DNA from: an uncultured Gammaproteobacteria bacterium
GTDB lineage: Bacteria; Patescibacteriota; Patescibacteriia; Patescibacteriales; UBA12465
NCBI GenBank assembly: GCA_964616855.1
Contig: CAZTUJ010000004.1
Location: forward strand, 3,610 to 67,609
DNA length: 64,000 nt
Direction: 5' to 3'
The notes under the pieces were generated by a model that saw only the letters and a list, made by a program, of their open reading frames with translations, was not told where the DNA came from and did not search any database. This document shows, in pieces, positions 16,727 to 24,408 of the stretch (position 1 is the stretch's first letter; the number at the start of each line of letters is the position of its first letter). The translations under genes and the position numbers were made by a program.

Positions 16727-16732
16727 ACTTAA

Positions 16733-16760
16733 ATATTAGCACGCAATAGTCATAAGTCAA
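16733..16760 (-). promoter_or_regulatory. promoter TTGACT-16-TAATAT of the cysK leader
   Basis: Complement: TTGACT (16760-16755), TAATAT (16738-16733). Confidence 0.55.
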
Positions 16761-16869
16761 TTAAATAGAGGGCTGATGTTTTTATTGCAGAATGGAGTTT
16801 TTTAATTTTAATAATTTTTAAACTAATAGCCAAATAATATGGTATAATTAAAATATAACAATCTATTAT

Positions 16870-18141
16870 ATGGGACACATTACCTCAAAAAATTATTTAA
16901 AGCTCCAGAAGCGGTTGGATATGAATGCTCAGGGTGCGCCCGCCTCAGAGTCGCTTTATAAAATTTTAGAAATTTTATTCTCCGCTGAAGAAGCGGAAAA
17001 AGTCTCTCTTTTGCCAGTGATGCCATTTGCGGTGAGTGAAGCCGCGGGCAGATGGAAGCTATCGGAGGCAGATACAAATAAAATTCTTTATGAATTAGCA
17101 GACAAAGGGCTTTTATTGGACATGAATAATAACGGTGTACAGACTTATGTTTTAGCGCCCACGATGGCCGGTTTTTTTGAGTTTGCTTTAATGAGGACGG
17201 ATGGTCTTTTTGACCGCAAGATTTTATCAGAGTTATTTTATAACTATATCAACGAAGAAGATGATTTTGTAGAAAAAGTTTTGATGCAAAAAACGCCAAT
17301 TGCCCGCACGCTGGTGCATGAAAACACCATTCAAAGTAAAGATCAATCCGAGGTTCTTGATTATGAACGAGCCACTCATATTATTAATTCCGCTAGTTGC
17401 ATTACGGTCGGAACTTGCTATTGTCGTCATAAAATGGAGCACTTAGGTAAGGCTTGCCACGCCCCACAAGATGTTTGCTTAACTTTTAATACGGCGGCTG
17501 AAAGTTTATCTAAACACAAGATAGCTAAAGAAATTAGCAAAGAAGAGGCCTTAGCTGTTTTAGATAAATGTGTTGATTATGGTTTAGTTCAGATTGGCGA
17601 TAACGTCCAAAACCAAGTTAATTGGATTTGTAATTGTTGTGGTTGTTGTTGTGAGGCTATCCAAGCTTATAAAAAAATTGGTTATAGACGAAAGATAAAT
17701 AGTAATTTTTTTGCACTTGTAAATAGTGAAAAATGCGTTGCCTGTGGAGCCTGTGTTTCTAAATGTCCGGTCGAAGCTATTAAAACGGTTAATAATAAAG
17801 CGGTAGTTGATAAAGATATTTGTATTGGTTGCGGTGTTTGTAAGCGTCAATGTGGCCCCAAAGCAATAAGTATTGAGCGTCGAGAAAAATTAGTCGAAGT
17901 GCCTTTAGACAGTTTTGAGCGTTGTGTTATCACAGCCATTGAGAAAAATAAATTACAAAATTATATTTTTGACAACTATAGTCTCTGGACGAACGAGCTG
18001 TTGCGTAATTTAGTGGGGGTATTATTTAAATTAAGTCCAGCTAAATTTTTAATTGCTAACCGACAATTAAAGTCTCAGTTCCTTAAGGCGCTGAGAAAGT
18101 CAAAGACCAGTAAAATATATAGTAGTTTAAATAAAGCATAA
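16870..18141 (+). CDS. multi-cluster Fe-S protein (2x[4Fe-4S] ferredoxin domain plus extra Cys motifs, N-terminal helical/wHTH-like region)
   Basis: 423 aa. CVACGACVSKCP and CIGCGVCKRQCG ferredoxin motifs, additional CITVGTCYCRHKMEHLGKAC and WICNCCGCCCE. No CxxxCxxC radical-SAM motif. TGgTATAAT extended -10 at 16840-16848. Confidence 0.7.
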   Translation: MGHITSKNYLKLQKRLDMNAQGAPASESLYKILEILFSAEEAEKVSLLPVMPFAVSEAAGRWKLSEADTNKILYELADKGLLLDMNNNGVQTYVLAPTMAGFFEFALMRTDGLFDRKILSELFYNYINEEDDFVEKVLMQKTPIARTLVHENTIQSKDQSEVLDYERATHIINSASCITVGTCYCRHKMEHLGKACHAPQDVCLTFNTAAESLSKHKIAKEISKEEALAVLDKCVDYGLVQIGDNVQNQVNWICNCCGCCCEAIQAYKKIGYRRKINSNFFALVNSEKCVACGACVSKCPVEAIKTVNNKAVVDKDICIGCGVCKRQCGPKAISIERREKLVEVPLDSFERCVITAIEKNKLQNYIFDNYSLWTNELLRNLVGVLFKLSPAKFLIANRQLKSQFLKALRKSKTSKIYSSLNKA

Positions 18142-18253
18142 AATTAATTTTAGCCATCAATAATTTTTAAATAATAATTTATCCGCCAATATAAAAATAA
18201 CTCTAATATTAGGGTTATTTTTAATTTTATTTTCAAGGGGCCATTAAAAATTA

Positions 18254-18282
18254 TTGACAAAATTAATAAATTATGTTATAAT
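18254..18282 (+). promoter_or_regulatory. perfect consensus promoter TTGACA-17-TATAAT
   Basis: TTGACA 18254-18259, TATAAT 18277-18282, about 70 nt upstream of the ATG at 18354. Confidence 0.65.
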
Positions 18283-18353
18283 ATCCCCATCACACTGAGT
18301 CACGCCGAAAATCAGAATCAAAGAGAGTAGGCACATTAAAAACCAAATAAATC

Positions 18354-19073
18354 ATGGAAAACATGGAAAAAAAGATGAAAAAGGCCATCATGGCCACAAT
18401 GATCGTAACCGCGATCTATGCAATGTACCTCTGGGTAGTTCAAAGCTCCAACGGGCTTCAGTCCGAAACTACTATTACCTTTTTTTCAGCGAGCTGGTTG
18501 CAGTTAACGCTGAGCTTCTCGGTTTCCCACTGGTGGAACCTCTTGATTTCACCACTAACTATTATGACTTTGGCTTATTTTTTCAGCCAGGAAGCAATTG
18601 TTGGCAAAGAGCCACGCGGAGTAAAAGAAGAAACAGGGTACAAATATTATACCCGGTTACACGTTTTCATTGTTAATTGCCTTTCCTTCGTTATGGCAGT
18701 TGGTCTCATGATCATGGCCGCCTTTATTTCTCCTATTTATGAAGAAAGCAATTTAGGACCATTATCCGCTCTGGTGTCAGCCGTAATCACATGGTTTATA
18801 TGTTATATTGGCTTTGCAATTTGCATTGAAGCGGCAATGTGTCTGTTCACCTGGAATACCTTCGCCGATGATGGCTACCAAATTGAAGGCACAAATTTAG
18901 TCGATCGATATCAGGTAACCCTGTCAACCTTTGTAAAGATGGGAATAGTTAAGACCACCCCATTTACCCTTGGGCTGACAATCGGCCTCCTACTAAGAAT
19001 TACTCTTAGTAAAATATTTTCTTTTCTTAAACCAATTAAGATTTCTTACAGCAAAGAAACCCAAAAGATGTAA
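18354..19073 (+). CDS. polytopic membrane protein (hypothetical)
   Basis: 239 aa with about 6 predicted TM helices and no recognisable family motif. Confidence 0.55.
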   Translation: MENMEKKMKKAIMATMIVTAIYAMYLWVVQSSNGLQSETTITFFSASWLQLTLSFSVSHWWNLLISPLTIMTLAYFFSQEAIVGKEPRGVKEETGYKYYTRLHVFIVNCLSFVMAVGLMIMAAFISPIYEESNLGPLSALVSAVITWFICYIGFAICIEAAMCLFTWNTFADDGYQIEGTNLVDRYQVTLSTFVKMGIVKTTPFTLGLTIGLLLRITLSKIFSFLKPIKISYSKETQKM

Positions 19074-19091
19074 CCTTTAATTAGGTATTTA

Positions 19092-19125
19092 GCGCTCCGA
19101 ACCAAAAATTCGGAGCTCTTTTTTT
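19092..19125 (+). terminator. rho-independent terminator
   Basis: GCTCCGAA-ccaaaaa-TTCGGAGCTCTTTTTTT. Confidence 0.8.
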
Positions 19126-19153
19126 AATAATTTTTAGGCGGCGGATAAATTAT

Positions 19154-19182
19154 TTGACAAATTTATTAATTTCTGTTATTAT
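19154..19182 (+). promoter_or_regulatory. promoter TTGACA-17-TATTAT
   Basis: TTGACA 19154-19159, TATTAT 19177-19182, upstream of the 47-codon sORF. Confidence 0.55.
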
Positions 19183-19221
19183 AGGTATTAATAACACAAA
19201 CCGTTTTTTAAAAATTATACA

Positions 19222-19365
19222 ATGGCACTGATTACATTTATTCTGGGTACCGCAGGGATTATTGTGGTATACTTTATTCCTAGCTCTGACGCTGTTGCTG
19301 GCATAGCAACACTATCCTTAATGTTTTTACTCTTTTCTTTTAAGTGGTCGTCTGGAGTCAGATAA
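19222..19365 (+). CDS. 47-aa hydrophobic peptide (two putative TM segments)
   Basis: Own translation MALITFILGTAGIIVVYFIPSSDAVAGIATLSLMFLLFSFKWSSGVR. Has a dedicated promoter. Confidence 0.4.
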   Translation: MALITFILGTAGIIVVYFIPSSDAVAGIATLSLMFLLFSFKWSSGVR

Positions 19366-19481
19366 CCAAAGGATAACAACCATTTAAGCCGTATGATTCG
19401 CTCTGCGGTTTTTTAATTACCCAATTACTCCAGAAGAAATAATCCTAAAAGTATAACTATTTTTCTGCTATAATAATATAT

Positions 19482-19949
19482 ATGAGAAATACTAAACAAG
19501 CCCTACTTTGGATTATTGATATTCTTAAGGAGAATAATATAAGCTACCGGATAAGTGGCGGTTTTGACGCTAGACTTTATGGTTCTAAACGTAAATTAGC
19601 AGATATCGATATTGAAGTTCACCAGAAAAATATTAATAAAATATATAAGAATACCAAAAAATTTGTTATCTACGGTCCAAAAAGGTATAAGGATGAAAAT
19701 TGGGATTTACAGTTAATGACTTTAAAGTATAAGAATCAAGAAATAGACATTGCTTCTTTTGAAGCAAAAATATTTAATCAGGCAACTCATAAGTGGGTTA
19801 AAAGACCGGGGGTATTTAGTGATTCTGTTGTAAAAAAAGTTTTTGGAATTGAGGTTTTTGTTGAAAATGTTAAAGCCCTTATTACCTATAAGAAAATATT
19901 AGGGCGTCCGGTTGATCGTCAGGATGTTAAGGATTTATCTGTTAATTAA
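19482..19949 (+). CDS. small Pol-beta-superfamily nucleotidyltransferase, Lnu(A)/ANT(2'')-like
   Basis: 155 aa. ISGGFDARLYGSKRKLADIDIEV matches the G-G-x-x...D-I-D-I catalytic pattern of small O-nucleotidyltransferases. TGcTATAAT ends 7 nt before the ATG. Confidence 0.5.
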   Translation: MRNTKQALLWIIDILKENNISYRISGGFDARLYGSKRKLADIDIEVHQKNINKIYKNTKKFVIYGPKRYKDENWDLQLMTLKYKNQEIDIASFEAKIFNQATHKWVKRPGVFSDSVVKKVFGIEVFVENVKALITYKKILGRPVDRQDVKDLSVN

Positions 19950-19976
19950 TTTTTTAATTTATTTAAATACCTGTTA

Positions 19977-20005
19977 TTGACATAAGCTCCAAAATATGTT
20001 AATAT
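19977..20005 (+). promoter_or_regulatory. promoter TTGACA-17-TAATAT
   Basis: TTGACA 19977-19982, TAATAT 20000-20005. Confidence 0.55.
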
Positions 20006-20034
20006 AGTTTTATAGAACTTTAAAACAACCCACC

Positions 20035-20319
20035 ATGAAAGCCAGACTGATTCTGTTGATGTATGTTTTTGCCTTAACATTGTTTATTGTTAGCAAAAAA
20101 AATGAAGAAATTTCCGTAGTAATGACTACCCCAACCTTCTCCGCAGATTACCGCATCACCGTTAACGGTGAAAGTTTTATGAAAAAACGCATCCTCAATA
20201 ATATGGGCAAAACCATTAGTCTCAAATGTTTTCATAAAGACTCGGCCACTGGAGAATGGCAAAAAGTCGAAAAAGTTTTAGAAAACGAAGAATATTTCAT
20301 TGCTGATTTAAAGCAATAA
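20035..20319 (+). CDS. small secreted/anchored hypothetical protein
   Basis: 94 aa with an N-terminal hydrophobic signal (LILLMYVFALTLFIV) and no known motif. Confidence 0.45.
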   Translation: MKARLILLMYVFALTLFIVSKKNEEISVVMTTPTFSADYRITVNGESFMKKRILNNMGKTISLKCFHKDSATGEWQKVEKVLENEEYFIADLKQ

Positions 20320-20416
20320 AAAATTCTTCCTACGCTACTCCCAAGAGGCACCTATCCAGGCGTCTCTTTTCTTTTTCTCTAGATAAGGTAAGATAAAATT
20401 AATTATCCTTAATACT

Positions 20417-21259
20417 ATGAGTGCAAAAAAATCATACCCTTTAAACAATCAGGAAGAGTTACTGACTATTAATCCTGAGGATCAACCCTTAAGTCCGGAA
20501 CAAGTAGAGGACTTAGAGAGCCCAATTAATGAGGCGGAGGCTTTGAAGCTTCCCGACATCTTTAAAGTCAAAGACGTTTTAGCCGGGCAAGGATTGGAAC
20601 TTTTAAGTGACCGTGAAATTTGTAGCGGTGGTGTTTTTGGTCCGATTTTTAAATTGAAAGTGAAAGAAATTGCCAGCGGTCAGGAATTTTATATTATTGA
20701 ACGCTCATTTACGGAAATTAAGGATATTGAACGTCGCTTTTGTTTAGTGGAAATGGATGATATGGTCAGTAAAAATGATTCCGAACCGCGGTATGAGATT
20801 ATTAATAATGCCGACCATCATAAGAACAAGATTGTAATTGACTATCTTTATAATGAGGAGCGGGCACTCAAGGCTTTACAAGGAATTCCGGGCATCCCTA
20901 AATTCTACGGCGCCGCTTATGATGATTTAAGTGGTTCACTGCTACAGGAGTTTGTGGACGGGCCCGATTTAAGTATGTTGTTATTGGAGAATAAAGAGTC
21001 TTTACGTAGTTGGAACATCCCTGAAATTTTAGAAAAGTTAAAAAATATTTATACGCAAGCCGCCGAGGCTGGCTTTATTCACAACAATCCCGCCGGAGCC
21101 ACTGTTATGATTGGCCCTGACCGCCAGCCCTATCTGGCTGACTGGTATCTTTATTCCCAGGGTCTAATTAATCAGGAGGGTCCGATTAAAGAGCAGTATT
21201 TGGAAGGTTTAAAAGGAATTGAAGAAGTGGAAAAAAGGTTATTAGATTCTTTGGCTTAG
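20417..21259 (+). CDS. protein-kinase-like fold protein with degenerate catalytic loop (possible pseudokinase)
   Basis: 280 aa. G-loop-like CSGGVFGPIFKLKV, hinge LLQEFVDGPDLS, catalytic-loop position reads FIHNNPAGATVMI (HNN instead of HRD), then YLADWYL. Confidence 0.4.
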   Translation: MSAKKSYPLNNQEELLTINPEDQPLSPEQVEDLESPINEAEALKLPDIFKVKDVLAGQGLELLSDREICSGGVFGPIFKLKVKEIASGQEFYIIERSFTEIKDIERRFCLVEMDDMVSKNDSEPRYEIINNADHHKNKIVIDYLYNEERALKALQGIPGIPKFYGAAYDDLSGSLLQEFVDGPDLSMLLLENKESLRSWNIPEILEKLKNIYTQAAEAGFIHNNPAGATVMIGPDRQPYLADWYLYSQGLINQEGPIKEQYLEGLKGIEEVEKRLLDSLA

Positions 21260-21267
21260 ATATATTT

Positions 21268-21297
21268 AAAACCCGAAAATTTTGTTTTCGGGTTTTA
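21268..21297. terminator. bidirectional terminator
   Basis: AACCCGAAAA-ttttg-TTTTCGGGTT between convergent genes. Confidence 0.75.
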
Positions 21298-21957
21298 TAA
21301 TTGAGCAATTTGATCTTGGATATATTTCTTTATCTCTTCTATTTCGAGAGAAGGAAATATTAGGGGTTCACCAATTTTGATGGTTACATTTTGGCCGCTT
21401 TTGATTTTTTGCCACTTAAAACCAATTTCAATTGGCATTACCTTGTCCATGTTCTCAATTTTAATGGGAACGACGGTTGGCTGACAATCAATAATTAGCT
21501 TAGCGGGCCCGTATTTACAGGGTCCAATTTGTCCGTCACGGCTACGGGTGCCTTCGAAAAAGAGCAATAAGCTGTCGCTTTTTAAAATTTCTTCAAACGA
21601 CAAAATATTGCCTGTGATTTTACTTTTTCCACCATGGCGATAAGCAGGAATGGTTTTAAGTAAGTGGCAGAAAAAGCGGCGGCTCGGTTTTTTAAAAAAG
21701 TTTTCCCAAGCCGGAGCGTTATAAGGGATGTGGTGGTAGCGAAAAAAAATGTCTCGCGGTTGGAATAAGGCATAGGCAATTAAGAGTGAGTCGATTAGAC
21801 TCTGGTGATTTGATAACAACAGTAATCCGGCCTGTGGTGGTAGTTTTTCGCGTCCGATAATGGTGGTTTTATTTCTAATTTTAAATAACCACCATCCGAG
21901 TAGCCAAAAAATCAGCATCATAGGACGACTGGCCCAATTTTTAGCGATTTTTTTCAT
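21295..21957 (-). CDS. plsC: 1-acyl-sn-glycerol-3-phosphate acyltransferase
   Basis: 220 aa. NHQSLIDS (HxxxxD) and FFEGTRSRDG motifs. Confidence 0.85.
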   Translation of the reverse strand: MKKIAKNWASRPMMLIFWLLGWWLFKIRNKTTIIGREKLPPQAGLLLLSNHQSLIDSLLIAYALFQPRDIFFRYHHIPYNAPAWENFFKKPSRRFFCHLLKTIPAYRHGGKSKITGNILSFEEILKSDSLLLFFEGTRSRDGQIGPCKYGPAKLIIDCQPTVVPIKIENMDKVMPIEIGFKWQKIKSGQNVTIKIGEPLIFPSLEIEEIKKYIQDQIAQL

Positions 21958-22077
21958 GGCGTTTCTTTTTTTAAAGTTCTATTCTTAGTTTACGGCTTAT
22001 CTTCCCCTTTAGCAAATTAGAGATTAAAGCCCGGTAATCTTATGCTATACTATAATTAGTTATTAATTTTATATTTT

Positions 22078-23190
22078 ATGCGTAAAAAATATCTTTTTTT
22101 AGGACTAGCCCTCTTTTTATTGATTGGTTTTCTAATGCCAACCGTTTCGGCTTCAGCTGCCGAAACGGTAAAAGCGCGAGTAGTGAGGATTTTAGAGGAA
22201 AAATCCTTTACCCGCGAGAATGGTGCTGTTATCGTTCAGCAGAACGTTGAGCTAATGGGTTTGGCGGGCGAGAGTAAAGGTAAGACCTTGGTTTATGAGG
22301 GGATTAGCGATGTTGATGTGGTGGCTGGGCGGACGTATCAGGCGGGTGATTTAGTTTTTGTTAGTGTTGATCAGGACGAAAGCGGAAAAACTGTGGTTTA
22401 TATTACCGACTATGTGCGTGAGCGGGGTTTGATTTGGCTATTTATACTATTTGTCGCCGTGGTGGTGTTGGTTGGCGGTAAGATTGGTTGGCGTTCCTTG
22501 CTCGCTCTAGCTATCAGTTTCTTCTTAATCATGAAATTTTTAGCCCCCTTGATTCTCGCGGGCTATAATCCGCTCCTAGTAGGCCCACTTATCACTTTTT
22601 TAATCCTCATCAGTTTGGTTTATATTACTGAGGGCTTTAATCGTAAGGCCCACATTGCTGTTCTTAGTATTTTTTCTGCTTTGATTATTACTTTTCTTTT
22701 ATCCTGGCTTTTTGTCCGTTTAACCCAATTAAGCGGCACCTCTAGTGAAGAGGTAGTGTTTTTAATTAGTGATAATATTAAAGCTATTAATTTTCAAGGT
22801 TTATTATTGGCTGCTATTATTATTGGTGCTTTGGGTGTTTTAGATGATATTGCCGTTGGTCAGATTGAGGCGGTGGAGCAGTTGTTAATTAATAATCCTC
22901 AACAGACTCGGCTCAATCTTTTTCGTTCGGCGATGGCGATTGGGCGCGCCCATTTAGGGGCAATTATTAATACTTTATTTTTAGCCTACGCCGGCGCTTC
23001 TTTACCCTTAATCCTCTTGTTTAATATTAAACGCGAGCCTTTTTTATCCTTTTCTCAGGTGATTAATCATGAAGAAATTGCTACCGAAATCGTCCGGTCG
23101 CTAGTGGGCGTTATTGGCTTGTGTTTAACTATGCCGATTGCGACCCTGCTAGCGGTTTGGCTTTTATTCCCCAAAAAGGCTTTAAAATAG
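22078..23190 (+). CDS. YibE/F family membrane protein
   Basis: 370 aa. Signal peptide, ~110-aa extracytoplasmic domain, then about 7 TM helices with the GVLDDIAVGQ motif typical of YibE/F. Confidence 0.7.
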   Translation: MRKKYLFLGLALFLLIGFLMPTVSASAAETVKARVVRILEEKSFTRENGAVIVQQNVELMGLAGESKGKTLVYEGISDVDVVAGRTYQAGDLVFVSVDQDESGKTVVYITDYVRERGLIWLFILFVAVVVLVGGKIGWRSLLALAISFFLIMKFLAPLILAGYNPLLVGPLITFLILISLVYITEGFNRKAHIAVLSIFSALIITFLLSWLFVRLTQLSGTSSEEVVFLISDNIKAINFQGLLLAAIIIGALGVLDDIAVGQIEAVEQLLINNPQQTRLNLFRSAMAIGRAHLGAIINTLFLAYAGASLPLILLFNIKREPFLSFSQVINHEEIATEIVRSLVGVIGLCLTMPIATLLAVWLLFPKKALK

Positions 23191-23330
23191 GTTTTTTCTG
23201 AAGATATTACTATTTTTGCCGAAAAAAGCTATAATTAAGATAAGGGGGAAATTCTATTAATTTTTTATATTTATTGATTTACGACCCCAGAAAGTTTTTT
23301 CGTTTAAGGTCTGATCGCTAACATTAAATT

Positions 23331-24047
23331 ATGCAACACATTTTCAAGTGGCGGAAATTGTTTTTTATCCTGTTAGCGCTTGATTTTATTTTGACGGCCA
23401 TCATCCCCTTGTTAATCCGCCGCCCCATCATTGGTATTAATGAAGAAGTTTGTGAAATTATTGCCCTGTCCCTGCTTTTATTATTAGCCTATATGGTTAA
23501 TTTTTTATATTTACGGGAATTTGGCCGTTTGCGTCGTTATCAGGTTAATTTAGAAGATCGCCTTCAAGAAACCTTTAAATATATTGGCTCGGTTAATTTG
23601 CAGATGGAGGAAATGCGACAGGCCTTTGCTAACTTTAAGAAATATCCGGAGAATAAAAAAGATATTCGTACGGTTTTTATTTACTTTTCTGAAAAGATTT
23701 TAGGGATGGTTAATGTTGATTGGGTAATTTTGCGCATCATTGATCTAAAGACTGGCCGGACAATGCGGGAAGACAAATTTACCCGTAATCATCAGAATAT
23801 CGTTTTAGGTAAATTTGATAATCGAGAAATTTTAAATGATAAATGTAAGCTGGAAGGCTGTACCGTAATTAAGTCTGATCAAGAAAATTTAAATATCAAG
23901 GCTTGTTGTATTTTGCCGATTAAGCTTAAGAATCGCGATCAAGAATTTTTTGTTCGCTCTATGATTAATCAGCTAGAGATGCTATTTATTGTTTTTTCTT
24001 CTTTAAGTAAGGCTCAGAAAATTACCCCTAAGAATAATAAGAGTTAG
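23331..24047 (+). CDS. hypothetical membrane-anchored protein
   Basis: 238 aa. Two N-terminal TM helices, then a cytoplasmic domain of unknown family. Confidence 0.5.
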   Translation: MQHIFKWRKLFFILLALDFILTAIIPLLIRRPIIGINEEVCEIIALSLLLLLAYMVNFLYLREFGRLRRYQVNLEDRLQETFKYIGSVNLQMEEMRQAFANFKKYPENKKDIRTVFIYFSEKILGMVNVDWVILRIIDLKTGRTMREDKFTRNHQNIVLGKFDNREILNDKCKLEGCTVIKSDQENLNIKACCILPIKLKNRDQEFFVRSMINQLEMLFIVFSSLSKAQKITPKNNKS

Positions 24048-24075
24048 TTTGTTTTTATAAATTAAATCATCATTT

Positions 24076-24351
24076 ATGGCCACTAAAAAAACCTCATCTA
24101 AAAACGCCAAAGGACAACCGCAATTTGAAGAGTTTAAATTACAAGGACAAGAACTTGTTAAAAAAATTAAAGAATTGATTAAGGCTGGCAATATTCGCCG
24201 CATTATTATTAAGAACGAAAAAGGCAAGGTAATGATGGAAATCCCGGTAACGGTCGCGGTGGTGGGGGCGGTTTTCGCTCCGGTTTTAGCCGCGGTGGGT
24301 GCTTTAGCCGCTTTACTTAATAAATGCAGTATTGTCGTGGAAAAGAAATAA
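24076..24351 (+). CDS. DUF4342-like small protein
   Basis: 91 aa. ELVKKIKELIKAGNIRRIIIKNEKGKVMMEIPVTVAVVGAVFAPVLAAVGALAALL matches the DUF4342 pattern. The antisense ORF 24003-24362 is rejected. Confidence 0.65.
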   Translation: MATKKTSSKNAKGQPQFEEFKLQGQELVKKIKELIKAGNIRRIIIKNEKGKVMMEIPVTVAVVGAVFAPVLAAVGALAALLNKCSIVVEKK

Positions 24352-24363
24352 ATTTTTACCATT

Positions 24364-24396
24364 AAAAAGAGCCGCTAACTTAGCGGCTCTTTTTTA
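24364..24396. terminator. bidirectional rho-independent terminator
   Basis: AAAAAGAGCCGCTA-act-TAGCGGCTCTTTTTT. Confidence 0.85.
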
Positions 24397-24408
24397 TATT
24401 TGAGACTA

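Larger units (their letters stand above)
14660..20393. mobile_element. candidate inserted accessory segment (genomic islet) next to tRNA-His
   Basis: 11-bp direct repeat ATAAGGTAAGA at 14649-14659 and 20383-20393. Contents are strain-type genes (HNH nuclease, Cys-rich proteins, cysK-like, Fe-S protein, NTase), and several are visibly more AT-rich than the flanks. No integrase seen. Confidence 0.35.

Noticed and set aside
16609-16730. T-box or SAM (S-box) riboswitch as the explanation for the cysK leader
   Set aside because: I could not find the AGAGA/GNUGNA boxes, a convincing T-box 14-mer (TTGGCGGACACCTCG is only a loose match) or the S-box core. The leader is also only about 130 nt, and the leader-peptide model fits better. 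This needs an Infernal scan to be sure.
16870-18141. The Fe-S protein as a radical-SAM peptide maturase for the nearby Cys-rich peptides
   Set aside because: There is no CxxxCxxC motif or SAM-binding glycine-rich motif. The clusters are ferredoxin-type, so a RiPP-cluster interpretation is unsupported.
24003-24362. 119-aa minus-strand ORF antisense to the DUF4342 gene
   Set aside because: The plus-strand frame gives a recognisable DUF4342 sequence. The antisense translation is low-complexity (AKAPTAAKTGAKTAPTTA).
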